Of a stretch of DNA of 64,000 bases, positions 24,114-37,561 are shown in pieces. Where the stretch lies: assembly GCF_006345805.1 (NCBI RefSeq), contig NC_043006.1:51026001-51090000 (forward strand), given 5' to 3'. This stretch comes from Octopus sinensis. Its lineage: Eukaryota. The position numbers were made by a program, and so were the translations under genes. The notes beneath the pieces were generated by a model. That model was not told the DNA's origin. It did no database searches and saw only the letters and a list, made by a program, of their open reading frames with translations. How positions within the stretch are numbered: position 1 is the first letter of the stretch; each line of letters starts with the position of its first letter.

Positions 24114-25029
24114 TATTGGGTTATCTCATAAATAATGTGGGGTTTTTTCAGTTGCATAAACTGAAAGTCAGAGGTGTAGGGATAAACTACCTGCATCAAC
24201 TGGCTATAAAACCAGGTAGTAATTTTACCTTGTACTTATTCTTAGTGCAAGTTTTGAAGAGTGCAGTTCGATTTTAACAGTTATTTTTTCAAAGCTATAA
24301 TGGAAGTGACAAAGGAACATATTCGGCATATTTTGCTATATGAGTTCAATAAAGGCAACAATGCAACAGAAAGGATGAAGAATATTAATGCAGTATATGG
24401 AGATTGGACAATAAACATAAGCCTGTGTCAACAGTGGTTCCAGAAATTCTGAGCCAGAAATTACAGCCTAGAAGACAAGCCTCATCCTGGAAGATCTGTA
24501 GCGCTCAACAAGGATATCCTGCAAACATTGATGAAGCAAAATCTCCCAGTAATTGTTGAGGAACTAGCAGAGAAACTTGGATTTGGTCATTCAACCATTC
24601 ACTGACATCTGCGTGCCATCAGAAAACAGCCATCTTTGGTTTCAAGACGAAAGGTATTCTTCCATCAGGATAATGGTCGACTTCATACAGCAAGGATGAC
24701 ATACCAAAGACTGGAGCAGTTGGAATAGGAAACGATGCCCCACCCACCATCTGATTTTCTGATTTTCACTTATTCTGCTGTCTTCAAAATCATTTGGACG
24801 GAAAAAAATATGAATTCTGTAGACACGGTCAGAACAATACTGGAGGAGTATTTTCTGTCACAGACAAGTGAATTTTGGAAGAGGGACCTTGCAAGTCTAC
24901 CAGATAGATGGAAAAGCATTGTAGGAAATGAAGGAGAGTATATTTTAGGTTGAGAAAGAACTTTGTTTATCTTAATTTTGAAAAATAAAAGAAGGAAAAA
25001 AAATGCATTATTTATGGGATGACCCAGTA
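24114..25029 (+). mobile_element. Internally deleted mariner of the same family as 5069-7072
   Basis: TIRs TTGGGTTATCTCATAAATAATG / CATTATTTATGGGATGACCCAG in (TA)n; remnants MEVTKEHIRHILLYEFNKGNNA, MPHPP. Confidence 0.85.
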
Positions 25030-25052
25030 TATATATATATATATATATATAG

Positions 25053-25118
<66 letters not shown>

Positions 25119-25601
25119 TGTACACATAAGTATGTATGTGTATGCATATATCAATATATAAATCATGTTTATTCAAATAGCATTTGTAACTCAATGAAGG
25201 AACAGCCCAATAGCTGTCAAACTGTATATACTAAGGTTTTGAAAGCAGAACATGCTACACCTGGAACATATTGTGATCCTATACCAGCTTTATCATGGCT
25301 GACCTAGAACTAAACACCAACAGCAACAATAATAATTTGTAGAGATTAGAGAAAAAATATATCATCATAATGTGTGTGTGTGTGTGTATGTGTGTGTGTG
25401 TGTGTGTGTGTGTACGTGCATGTGTGTGTTCTAGAAAGACCAACAAGAAACCTGCATCATACAACATCATTGATAGTTCAATATGTTCATTCCTACATCC
25501 ATTTCAACAATTCTTACGTCACCACACAGTTGGCATAAGAAATATTGAAAATGACATAAGAATGAACATATTAGGATGCCATTGATGTTATTTTCTTACT
25601 A

Positions 25602-25980
25602 GGCATAGGAGTGGCTGTGTGGTAAGTAGCTTGCTTACCAACCACATGGTTCCAGGTTCAGTCCCACTGCGTGGCACCTTGGGCAAGTATCTTCTACTAT
25701 AGCCTCGGACCGACCAAAGCCTGTCTCAGACGGAAACTGAAAGAAGCCCATCATATATATATGTATATATATGTGTGTGTTTGTGTGTCTGTTTGTCCCC
25801 ACAACATCGCTTGACAACCGATGCTGGTGTGTTTACGTCCCCATAACTTAGTGGTTCAGCAAAAGAGACCGATAGAATAAGTACTAGGCTTACAAAGAAT
25901 AAGATCTGGGTTCGATTTGCTCGACTAAAGCCAGTGCTCCAGCATAGCCGCAGTCAAATGACTGAAACAAGTAAAAGAGT
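25602..25980 (+). mobile_element. SINE family A, full length
   Basis: Head GGCATAGGAGTGGCTGTGTGGTAAG through tail GAAACAAGTAAAAGAGT. Confidence 0.85.
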
Positions 25981-26069
25981 AAGCCAGATGATCATGTAAA
26001 AATTTCTGTTGTCTCAACTACTTGCGATGTTTCATAGAAATTTCAATTTTAACTCTAATGACTACATAC

Positions 26070-26165
26070 CATGTCCAAATAGGGAATACTAATATTGAAA
26101 TTCTTGTTGGTCTCTGCATTCCACACAGCCCGGATGTTTGTAATATACAAGAGACCCAGGTTACC
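26070..26165 (-). CDS. BBS5: BBS5 exon 8
   Basis: TTGCAG|[32 protein letters not shown]|GTATGT, 96 nt. Confidence 0.96.
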
Positions 26166-26224
26166 CTGCAAGGAAACATAAATAGCAAAGATGATAATGA
26201 CAATCATGATCATAATAATAATGG

Positions 26225-26434
26225 TTTCAAATTTTGGCACAAGGCCAGCAGTTTCATGGGCAGGAGTAAATCAACTACATTGACCCCAATATTCAAATGG
26301 TACTTACTTTATCAAACTTGAAAGGACAAAAAGCAACACTGACCTCAGCTGAATCTGAACACTGAATGTAAAGACAATCGAAATGTCACTAAGCATTTTT
26401 CCCAATGTGCTAACAATTCTACCAGCTCACCACC

Positions 26435-26469
<35 letters not shown>

Positions 26470-26680
26470 TTCTACTATAGGCACAAGGCCTGGAATTTTG
26501 GGGAGAGTATAAGCTGATTACACTGACCCCAATGCTCAACTGGTACTCATTTTATTGACCCTGAAAGGATGAAAAGCAAAGTCAAGCTTGACAGAATCTG
26601 AACTCAGAAGGTAAATAGGGACAAAACATTTAGCATGTTGTCCAGCATGCTAACGGTTCTTCTAAATTGCCATCTTAATA
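26225..26680 (-). mobile_element. Two adjacent copies of SINE family B (head AAGGCGGCGAGCTGGCAGAA, tail GGCCTTGTGCC)
   Basis: Copies at about 26225-26435 and 26465-26680; further copies near 16160-16480, 19870-20170, 32080-32290, 32725-32835 and 43870-44045. Confidence 0.7.
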
Positions 26681-26949
26681 ATGATAATAATAATGAAGAT
26701 GATTTCTTTTCAGGGTGGTGGATGACTTTAGTTGCCAGACTCTGGTGTCTGGGGATGCTTCAGAATATTCTGAGTGGGCACTAATTTGTAATATTGCTAA
26801 AGTGGAGTCACTAAAGTGGAATAAACCTAAGAGTGCACCACTGAAGAGTGGGGGTGCAATACCATCCAGTGCACCCCCTTAGCGACGGGCATGCTCTGTA
26901 GTACTTATTCACTGCTAAATGAACTGAGTCATTTAACACTTCAGTGTTA

Positions 26950-27320
26950 TTCTTTTATTCTTTTACTTATTTCAGTCACTTGACTGTGGCCATGCTGGAG
27001 CACCACCTTTAGTTGAACAAATCGCCCCCTCCCCCGGGACTTATTCTTTGTAAGCTTAGTACTTATTCTATCGGTTTCTTTTGCCAAACCACTAAGTTAT
27101 GGGGACGTAAACACACCAACATTAGTTGTCAAGCAATGGTGGGGGGACAAACACAGACACACAAATATATATATATAAAAACATATATATATATGACAGG
27201 ATTCTTTCAGTTTCTGTCTATCAAATCCACTCACAGAGCTTTGGTTGGCCTGAGGCTATAGTAGAAGAACCATGAACCCAGAACCATGTGGTTGGTAAGC
27301 AAGCTGCTTACTACACAGTC
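26950..27320 (-). mobile_element. SINE family A
   Basis: Reverse complement of the family A sequence. Confidence 0.8.
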
Positions 27321-27918
27321 AAGCCTGCACCTATGTTCAAATATACAACACAGATATTGCCAAAGACAAACAAACAAGAGTGATTCAATATAATAAATCA
27401 AACCATTTAAAATAGCAGCCAAATATAACCTCAAATCACATCCTATCATCTTGAAAAAGGAATGATACATTAGACATTGTAATCCAAGAAAAAAAAAGGA
27501 AGAAAACAGGAGAATGACAGCTGGAATATCTCTAAGCATGGTCCAGTTGATTAGGCATAACCTGTAGCTAACAACAGCATTAAGTACCAGCAGCAGAATA
27601 CAAACCTACTTTTCAGTAGGTTGCTGTTTCTTTTTGTTGTTTAACCCCAAGACAGCCTAAATTATAAAAAACCTATAATAAAAGGTATTTCTAATCAGGA
27701 CCATGCAGCTTATGTTTTTATCTCTATGATTACATTACCTGTGGAATGTCATTATTAAAGTAACAGTGGGATTTGAGAGGAATTTGGCTACTTTTATCCA
27801 CCTAGATAAGTAGCCACAAAAAGGCTTTCCTTGTTCCCCTACCTCTCAGTTGGTTGTTCAAAGCCTCCTTGACTCATTTACATGTATTTTTAGAGTATAA
27901 AAACAGAATATAAATTAC

Positions 27919-28054
27919 CTGATCACAACTTAAATTCCAGACCCCATTTATTTTATCACAAATCTCTTCTTTTGGGAGAAGCATCAATTCATAATTCCGC
28001 ATTAAATTAGTCCTCAATTTGAGCTCTCGGCATAAGGAAGATGATGTGAAGGCC
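27919..28054 (-). CDS. BBS5: BBS5 exon 7
   Basis: TTACCAG|(K)AFTSSSLCRELKLRTNLMRNYELMLLPKEEICDKINGVWNLSCDQ|GTAATT, 136 nt; hallmark DKINGVWNLSxDQ. Confidence 0.97.
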
Positions 28055-29352
28055 CTGGTAATGAAACAAGGAGTGTATCAATCAAGCCTGTTATTTCAAA
28101 CAATAAACAGAAATCCATACATATGCATTTACAACTATATACTATTTCCTGTGTCTCTCCTCGTTTTTCTCCCTCACTGTGTACCACTTCCCCAACTCTG
28201 CACAAAATACATTGTCCAGTCCTTTCTCCACAGAAATGCCCACCTCTAGAATTCCTTCTGCACCATTGCTTATTCTGCAAACATCAACCAAAAATATTCA
28301 AGCTGAACATTCATTGCATCAACTCTACATAGTTGTTTAACCAGCTGAAATAACAGGTCAAATCTACAAATTTCAACCTGCAATTTTGAAGACTGTATTC
28401 CCAGATACACAAGGCTTGAATAAAGGATCTGCAGGCATGGCTGAAATACATCTGATTGTAGATCTGTTCAATCAGGGCTGATCTGGGGCTAAACAACAAC
28501 AACAACCTTACTAGTCTGGAAGAATTTGCATAGATCATAAGTTCTGTTCCCTCCTGCCCTAATTTTATTTCTTTAAAAAAAAAATCTTGATTTTAAACCT
28601 TGTTACTACAGTCTTGGATTTTGCCTCTTGCTAAGCCACTTAATAGTGCTGGCTCAGTCAATCTGGCTAAGAAACAGGTTACAAACATCTTTTATTAGCC
28701 ACTTAGCTGTTGGGAACAGATAGCAGGTTTTGTAAGAATATTCCCTAGGACAGACTGTCATCATTAGGTGATGACATAATATTAGAGGTCCTTCATTTCA
28801 CAAACTTTTAATTAGTTAATTAGTTACAGTTTATTTAATTGACGAGCATAGAATATCACCTATGATAGAATGGTATCCTATCCAGGGAGATGTTTCTTTA
28901 TACCACTAAAACCAAAATAAAGCCCTGGATCTCAAAAGCTTCTGGAGGAAGTTTGAAGAAAAAGAAAGGATGTGAGTTCCATAAACCCAAAATATACTAT
29001 TTAAAAATTACTTCTTTCAGAACAAGCCAACCTGGAAGAATCGTATCTCCAAAAGGATTTGAACTCAGAGTAGCAAGCAAAATAACATGATTAAATTATA
29101 CTTTACCATTTGCTGCTTATGTTGATGAGTTTGTTCCTAGGTTGCCATGGTATGTACTTGTAGCAAGGTAAAATGAACAAGATTGAGTTAACTTGGCTTG
29201 TGCATAACCAGAATGCAGAGCTGGTGATGGGATGGGATACACACAATGATGAATATTTTGCCAATAGCCCAACAACCTGTTGACCCAAGTGGGTAAAAAA
29301 AAGCAAACTGAAGATAGCTAGAAAAACAAGCAAACAAAAAAGGCATTCTTAC

Positions 29353-29399
29353 TTGTACACAGCATTCAGGGAAGACACCATTCGAGGAAACTGGGTCTG
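29353..29399 (-). CDS. BBS5: BBS5 exon 6
   Basis: TTTGCAG|QTQFPRMVSSLNAVY(K)|GTAAGA, 47 nt, phase 0/2; aligns to PRLFTSVMAVHR. Confidence 0.88.
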
Positions 29400-30049
29400 C
29401 TGCAAATTCAAGGGTTAATTACAATTAAGTGATTAATAATGACTGAAAAGAAAGGTGTGTAAGGAGTTTGTTTCATGACTGACAATCATTCCAGGATCAA
29501 AGGCAACTATCTTTTTAAGTGATCACTAATATGAAGCATTTATGAAGAAATGGTCAAATGTTATATTCCTCAATGTTTTGATTCAAAGTCCCACTAAGCT
29601 ACTCTTTTCCTGTTATCCCTTTATAATTAATGAAATAGGTACTATAACTTGTACACAAGTTGGTTGAATTGAGTAAAATCTTCCACACACATTCACCCTT
29701 GTGAATATGTGACTTCATGCCAGAGTAAAAAATCACTACTCTGCTTATTTTTACCTTTTATATAACCATTAAACTTCCACTAGTCAGATATAAAATCTTT
29801 TATTTTACATAATGTAAGTCAGTATAAGGAATTTCCATCAGTTAAGTAAAGTACTTCAGACATGTTTCAAATGAAAATATTTGTAAGCTAACAGACATCA
29901 CACCACATGTAGTACATAAAGATGCAATCATGAATTTTGTCTGTGTAATCAAATGTGATCTCAAAGTTACTATCAAACATCCAATAATATTAACACGAGC
30001 ATCAAACAGACCAGTAAGCAGAAAAAGATAGAGGCAGAACAATATGCCC

Positions 30050-30290
30050 GTGGAGGCACGTGACTTAGTGGTTAGGGTGTCAGCACCATGATCATAAGAT
30101 TGTGGCTTCAATTCCTGGACAGGGCGACGCATTGTGTTCTTGAGCAAAACACTTCATTTCACGTTGCTCCTGGCAAAAATGAGTGACGCTGCGATGGACT
30201 GGCGTCCCGTCCACCTGGGTAACACATATGCCATAGAAACCAGAAAACCAGGCCGATGAGCCTGGCCAGGCTTTAAAAGAGTGCATTTAT
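30050..30290 (+). mobile_element. tRNA-derived SINE, head H + tail Y
   Basis: Head GGAGGCACGTGACTTAGTGG; tail GCTGCGATGGACTGGCGTCCCGTCC...GGCTTTAAAAG. Confidence 0.8.
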
Positions 30291-30595
30291 TTTTTTTAGA
30301 ACAACATGCCCAGCCTGCAACATTACATACAATTAAGCATTTCATATTTGAATGTGCAATATGGTTGGTCCTCAACAAATCAGCTGAACAGCATATCCAG
30401 AGCTATGGATCTGTGAACCATGCTTAATCATAAAGCTGACTGCAAATGCATCTAAGATCAACTCAAGCAAAGCAAATGTGACAGCAACACAACAACAACA
30501 GCAGGAGTAACTAAATCATCAACAAATTTTCAACATCACCAAGAAAAATTACTAAAGAAAGAAAACAGGATACAATAATACCACATATGACTTAC

Positions 30596-30673
30596 ATTGG
30601 TTGTGAAGATAAACTGAAAGCGGTTTTTGTCATTAGCATAAATTATCAAGGATTCTGAGGTTGCATAATGTAT
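30596..30673 (-). CDS. BBS5: BBS5 exon 5
   Basis: TTCATTCAG|IHYATSESLIIYANDKNRFQFIFTTN|GTAAGT, 78 nt; matches RFEFIFT. Confidence 0.92.
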
Positions 30674-31057
30674 CTGAATGAAGAAGGAAAAAAAAGGATA
30701 AGAGTGAGGTTTTGTGAATGCTGCATCACATTTTAATTAATTTAATTAAATTAAGGGTAGGGGAGATAAAAAGACACAAAATTTTGATTTCAGTATACTT
30801 TTTTCTTGGATGGATTTATTCTTATTTACTAATAAGGAAATATGCACTTAGCACTCTCTGTAAAGTGGATGATGCATGAACAGACATAATGCATACAATG
30901 TGCTTCTTTCAGTTTGTCTACCAAATCCAGTCACAAAGCTTTAATCAGCACAGGGCTATAGTAGAAGACACTTACCCAAAGTGCCACATAGTGGGACTGA
31001 ACCTAGAAGCATGTGGATGGGAAACAGCTTTATTTATTTACATTACATTATTTAGAT

Positions 31058-31347
31058 ATATGCCCATGGGCATATAGTGTAGTGTTTAAGAGTGTGGGCT
31101 ACTAACCCCAAGATTCCGAGTTCGATTTCAAGCAGTGACTTGAACAATAATAATAATAATGATAATAATAATATCGAAAAATACCTTAGGAATGAGGACC
31201 CAGATTCGAAATTTCCCCAAGACACCTGAAGAAGGCTGGAGGGTATATCAGCCGAAACATTGTGTTAACAACAAACAAGATGAGGACAAATACCCGTCGA
31301 ATGTAAATAATGTGCCTAATTCCTCATCTCTTAAATATAGAACTGTA
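31058..31347 (+). mobile_element. tRNA-headed, hammerhead-bearing SINE-like element, copy A
   Basis: Palindromic head TATGCCCATGGGCATA, B box GAGTTCGATT, (AAT)n, HHR-like 31221-31266 GACAC-CTGAAGA-A-GGCTG..CAGCC-GAAACATT-GTGTT. Confidence 0.8.
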
Positions 31348-31393
31348 CCAAGTTTATTTATATTTAGAATTAAAGGAAAACATATCTACTCAC

Positions 31394-31443
31394 TGAACGT
31401 TTTGTCGATGTTTCTATTTTCATGAAACACTGGAAACCAATGG
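31394..31443 (-). CDS. BBS5: BBS5 exon 4
   Basis: TTCCTAG|(S)IGFQCFMKIETSTKRS|GTGAGT, 50 nt, phase 1/0. Confidence 0.9.
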
Positions 31444-32297
31444 CTAGGAATGATAAAATATTTCATATTGTTAGCAATAACATCAATGACGACAACACCA
31501 ATAGCAACATCAACACCCAACAAACCAGCAAGAGAACCTCAACATAGCATTTTAACCTACTAGAAATAACAGCCAAATCTATCTCCCTCAAATCACACTC
31601 TTCCATCTTAAGAAAGAAGAGTACATTGGATAATGCGGTGTTAGATGTACTGAACTGATGATGAACAAAGCTAGAATACCTTTGATTTGGGGTCTACTTG
31701 TTTAACCCCAACTAACAACAAAAGCAGTATTTTAAACCTGACATTCATTACCCTCCTTCTTACTACATTGGGATTTGTTGTTGTTGTTGTTGCTTAAGCC
31801 CAGGTTACCCTTCATTGAGCAGACTTATGATCAAAGGTGGTCCACCTGTAACCATCCCATTTTCCCCGGCACACTTATGGTCTTATGCACATGTTAGAAA
31901 TCAAAGAAATTATGAAAAATGTAAGAAGTCATTATTATTGTTGTTGTTGTCAACTTGGCCTTTTGAGGTTGATTAAAATAAGTCAAGATTAAACCAGTTA
32001 ATAAGTTGATTAAACCTGTCAAGAAGCAAATTCAATTTAATCAACTGTTCCCCTCACTCATCTCAAGACTTGTGCTTTTACTAGAAACAACATTTTTGAC
32101 TTTAGCTTTTATCTCTCCAGGGTGGATGAAATAAGTGCTGTTGGTATGAATGTAGCTGACTAACCTCGGCCTAGAAAACTACTGGCCTTGTACCTAGAAC
32201 AGACGTCATCATTTTTAATTGTTTCCATGCTAAACAAAATGCTTAGTGGTATTTCTTCTAACTCTTTATGTTCCAAGTTCAAAAGCCAAGGATGACT

Positions 32298-32467
32298 TTA
32301 TTTACATTATTTACATTTGACAGATATCTGTCCTCATCTCATTTGTTGTTAACACAACATTTCGGCTAATATACCTTCCAGCCTTCATCAGGTGTCTTGG
32401 GGAAATTTCGAACCTGGGTTCTCATTCCTAAGGTATTTTTCAACGTTGTTGTCATCATCATCATCAA

Positions 32468-32500
<33 letters not shown>

Positions 32501-32504
32501 CATT

Positions 32505-32599
<95 letters not shown>

Positions 32600-32607
32600 C
32601 ATTATTA

Positions 32608-32643
<36 letters not shown>

Positions 32644-32722
32644 TCACCGCCTGGAATCAAACTTGGAATCTTGGGGTTAGTAGCCTGCACTCTTAACTAC
32701 TACGCCATATGCCCATGGGCAT
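32298..32722 (-). mobile_element. tRNA-headed, hammerhead-bearing SINE-like element, copy B, with expanded (AAT)n
   Basis: Reverse complement of copy A; internal (ATT/ATC)n of about 170 bp; HHR-like 32351-32396 with CTGATGA core. Confidence 0.8.
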
Positions 32723-33074
32723 GACTTTGCCTTCTGTCCATTCAGAGTCAATAAAATAAGTGCCAGTTGAGCAGTGAGATCAATGTAATTGACTTCTTCC
32801 TTCCCACGAAATTGCTAGCCTTGTGCCAAAATTAGAAAGAATTATTATTATCATTAAAAGGCCACTGGCTGACAAAATCAATTGAGCATTAGGCAAAAAA
32901 TTACTTTGCAGTATTTAATTACATCTCTCTGAATTCAAATATTACCAAGATTGGCTCTTTCATCTCTGGAAGGTTAATAAGACAAGTAATTATGAAAAAC
33001 TGCTGTAGGTTTAATCAGTTATGTCTCCAATATAATGTATGCAAATGGTAAAAATGATTATTATGTATACTTAC

Positions 33075-33140
33075 AGATATTCTTAGATGGTGTTTGTTGA
33101 GAATGCCATATTACCCTCAGGTTTGTTACTATAAAGTAAC
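33075..33140 (-). CDS. BBS5: BBS5 exon 3
   Basis: TTTTGTAG|(G)YFIVTNLRVIWHSQQTPSKNI(S)|GTAAGT, 66 nt; hallmark VTNLRxxWHS. Confidence 0.95.
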
Positions 33141-33334
33141 CTACAAAATAAAAAAATAAAAAATGAAATACAGGCACAAACGTGGCTGTGTAGTAAGAAA
33201 CTTGCTCCCCAACTACATGGTTCCATGTTCAGTCCCACTGCTTGTTACCTCAGGCAAGTGTCTTCTATGTCAGCTTGGGCAGACCAATGCCTTGTGAATG
33301 GATTTGGTACGCAGAAGCTGAAAGAAACACATCA

Positions 33335-33412
<78 letters not shown>

Positions 33413-33935
33413 TTGTATACTGTTAACTTAACATGACAGTCTCGTAAGGGAATTACACCACCGCTATTAGCACTAGGAAGCATTGACGTTTCCTGTCGGC
33501 TTGACACATTTCCTGTGTCCTTATATATTTACGAAATGTGTTGACAGTATACAACCACTCTATCGCTCCACCACCGCACATATCTCTATGAGATATTTAG
33601 AAATTTAATATTTCTGAGATATATATATATATATATATAGATATATATATATATATATATATAAAATAATAATAAAAAATATTAGGGAATAAATCCAAAT
33701 TTACAGGGAAAAATCAGATTTAGGATTGAATCCAATTTTATAGTAAAATATTATATAATATTAATTAGAGACAAAACCACTATTTTGCAAATCAAACAGG
33801 AAAGACTTAATCAATACATAAAAAAATTTTAATATAAAGTAAATAAATATTTATTTACTTGATATTAAAATTTTTTTTATGTATTGATTAAGTCTTTCCT
33901 TGTTTGATTTGCAAAATAGTGGTTTTGTCTCTAAT

Positions 33936-34015
<80 letters not shown>

Positions 34016-35913
34016 GTATACATATATATATATGTATATGTATCATCATCATCATCATCATCGTTTAGCGTCCGCTTTCCATGCTAGCATGGGTTGGACG
34101 GTTCTACTGGGGTCTGTGAAGCCAGAAGGCTTCATCAGGCCCAGTCAAATCTGGCAGTGTTTCTACGGCTGGATGCCCTTCCTAACGCCAACCACTCCGT
34201 GAGTGTAGTGGGTGCTTATATATATATGTATATGTATACATATATATATATAATTTTTTTTTTCTCTAGTTTCAGCTTAGAGCTGCGGCCATGCTGATGC
34301 ACTGCCGTTGATATATATATATATATGTATGTATGTATGTATATATGGCTTCACAGAGGCAAAGTAGCTGAGTTCCTTTCGAGCGTTGGGCATCATGGAG
34401 TCAAAGTAGCTGAGTTCCTTTCAAGTATTGGTCTTCATGGAGGCAATGGTCAAGACCTTTGGCATTATGTTGTGTTTGAGAAGAAGACCCATCACACTGA
34501 ACAAAATCGCAGTTGTGGTAGATACCAGTGTCATGAAAATTGGCACCCATGTCGGTAACACATAAAAACACCCTGGTCTCACACAAATGGCACCCGTGTT
34601 GCTGGCATGTAAAAGCACCCATTACACTCTCTGGGTGGTTGACATTAGAAAGGGCATCCAGTCATAGAAAATCATGCCAAGTCAGACTAGAGTTTGTTGC
34701 AGCCTTCCAGCATGCCAGCCCAGTTAAACCATCCAGCATGAACAACGGACATTAAATGATGATGATGATGATGATTGATATATATATATGTATAACAAAG
34801 TGAAGTTGTAAGATACTGCACGAGTGGAAATATATATGAAAGAAGGTTTGAAAATGCAATTTTAAAGATGTTTATTCACTTGACCGGTTTCACTTTTTTT
34901 AGAAAAAGATTGTCAAAAGTAAAATGTAAAGCTTTGTATAAGCTTTGTTGTGTTAAGTACTGGTTGTTACAAAAGTATTAAAATACATATATACATTCTT
35001 TGATAATAATAAGAAAATGTTAAAAACAGTTTACAAGAATGTATTTAAGAAAATATTCAACAAAAGTATTAGGAGTTCAATAAAAATCATGTTTGTTTGG
35101 TAATATACTTATATACATAGAAGGAGACGTATTTAAGAGTTTACAAAGAATTCAAGAAGAACCATCCTGTCTTTCTAGCATGTTTTGTCTTGTGTAGCTA
35201 AGCCATGCCAAAACAGACACAGAAGCATGGTGCAGGCTCCTGCCTGGCCAGCTTCTGTCAAACCATCGAACCCATGTCAGCATGGAAGGAGGACATTAAA
35301 CAATAATAAGGATGAGATATATGATACTGAACACACATAAACAAGGTATGTGTTTTGCTAGTTTATGGCTAAGCTGCACTTATAGGCATAATAGAATATA
35401 TTCTCATCAATTCACCTGATGTTAAAACACCTGGAAGTCATAACACCAGGCGAATTGATGAGAATATATTCTCTTACACATGGCTGTTTGCACACAGGCA
35501 TCATACAGTCTAACTTTTACTCTGAACAAGAGGCCTGGGCTATTCTTATTCAAGCAGCTATGCTCTCAGAGCATCCATCCCCTGCTACTGACTTGGTCAC
35601 CTAGTTAACAGAAGCTAACTGGCTTCCGTGCCAGTGGCACGTAAAAAGCACCATCCGATCGTGGCCATTGCCACCCTAACTGGCCTCTGTGCCGGTGGCA
35701 CGTAAAAAGCACCATCCGACCGTGGCCGTTTGCCAGACTTGTAAAAAGCACCCACTACACTCATGGAGTGGTTGGCATTAGGAAGGGCATCCAGCCGTAG
35801 AAACATTGCCAGATCAGACTGGGCCTGGTGCAGCCTTCTGGCTTCCCAGACCCCAGTTGCACCGTCCAACCCATGCCAGCATGGAAAGCGAACGCTAAAC
35901 GATGATGATGATG

Positions 35914-35955
<42 letters not shown>

Positions 35956-35961
<6 letters not shown>

Positions 35962-37069
35962 TTGAATAAAGTTAAAACATGGTCTGGTTTTCATGTTTTA
36001 TATTATGGTATTTAAAAATAATATTTTTTTTTACACATGAAGTGCATTAAACATTAAAAAAATATTCTGTAATATTCATAAAGTTCAATTGGTGCTTTCA
36101 TACGTTTGTAGTAATCCTCAGATTTCAAAATGTATTTAACTGACAGTTGAGTTCTTGACAACTGTAGTAAAATGACTGACATCTTCCTTTTTTATCTCTT
36201 AGAAGGCTCCAGTAAGCTGAATTTTTGGAATACAGTTTTGACTAATCCACATGCAGCTTAAATGTCACAGTTTGCTGGGTATACTGATAATACTGGCATA
36301 GATCCCACCTTTATTTTAACCAATTAGCTTGCGGTTTACATGCAGTGGTTTTTATTAGTTGGTTTCAATTGTTTTTATTTCAGTTGGCAAGAGTCCTCTG
36401 TAATGTGTTTATATTCATATGTTAAAGATATGTTTTAATCCACATCATTAACTGATTGTTATATTATTGTTGTTATTTCCATTCAGAACAGATTTGAATG
36501 TTTTCATAAACCATTTTTCTTTTTATCTTTCTTCCAACTTCACTTATGTCATGTAGTTTGTGGAAAGGAAAAATTAGAAACATTTTCTAACCACATGTCT
36601 CTATATATTCGCTCAATGGAATTTGGCAAACAATAGTGCTCCAGATTTGTTGTCTATGGACTTGTGAGCATTCCAATAATGCATTCCCTGTCTCACCAAT
36701 ATACAGTTCCTCGCAATTCAGGTATTTAATGCAGTAGATCCAATTTCTGTTTTTGTGTAAATCTGTCCATTTTTTGTTCTAGTATGCATGTATTCCAAAA
36801 ATTCAGCTTGTTGGAGCCTTCCAAGTGGTATAAAAAGGGAGAAGTCAGTCATTTTACTACAGTTGTAAAGAACTTAACTGTCAGTTGAATACATTTTGAA
36901 ATGTAATGAATACTGCGAACGTATGAAAGCGCTAATTGAACTTTGTGAACATTACAAAATATTTTTTTAATGTTTAACGCACTTCAACATTGTAAAAAAA
37001 AAAATTAAATACCATAGTATAAAACGTGAAAACCAGACCATGTTTTAACTATATTCAACTGATACATAC

Positions 37070-37100
<31 letters not shown>

Positions 37101-37242
37101 AAGAGAGATTGAACTTTAGGAATATTACAGAATATTTTTTTTATGTTTAACACACTTCAACACTGTAAAAAAAATTTTTTTTTAAATACCATAATATAAA
37201 GCATGAAGACCAGACCATGTTTTAACTTTATTCAACTGATAT
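35956..37242 (-). mobile_element. Old Penelope-like element remnant: inverted pLTR arms around a GIY-YIG fragment
   Basis: Arms 35956-36234 and 36789-37064 are inverted copies; spacer minus strand reads IYCIKYLNCEELYIGETG...VHRQQI...QIPLSEYI; extra partial arm at about 37107-37242. Confidence 0.8.
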
Positions 37243-37561
37243 ATTATTCTATACACACTTACACATATTCGGAATATATATATATATCATCATCATCATT
37301 ATCATCGTTTAATGTTTGCCTTCCATGCTAACATGGGCTAGACAGTTTTACAGGAGCTGGCCAGGCAGGTGCATGCATATATGTTTGTGTATACCTTTGT
37401 CTAGACATCATGTAATGGTTGTAAATGACCACCATCAGCATTCAGGCTATTCATATTCATACATAAATGAATGTCCCATAGTTCAGCAGATGGTAGGAGC
37501 ACAAATGACAGCTGTCAGATTTGTTTAGTCATTCATAAAAATTAAACAGTTTAAGAAGTTT

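Noticed and set aside
28137-28273. AG-bounded open segment ISNGAEGILEVG...
   Set aside because: Not needed for the BBS5 frame, ends in a stop and has no recognisable homology.
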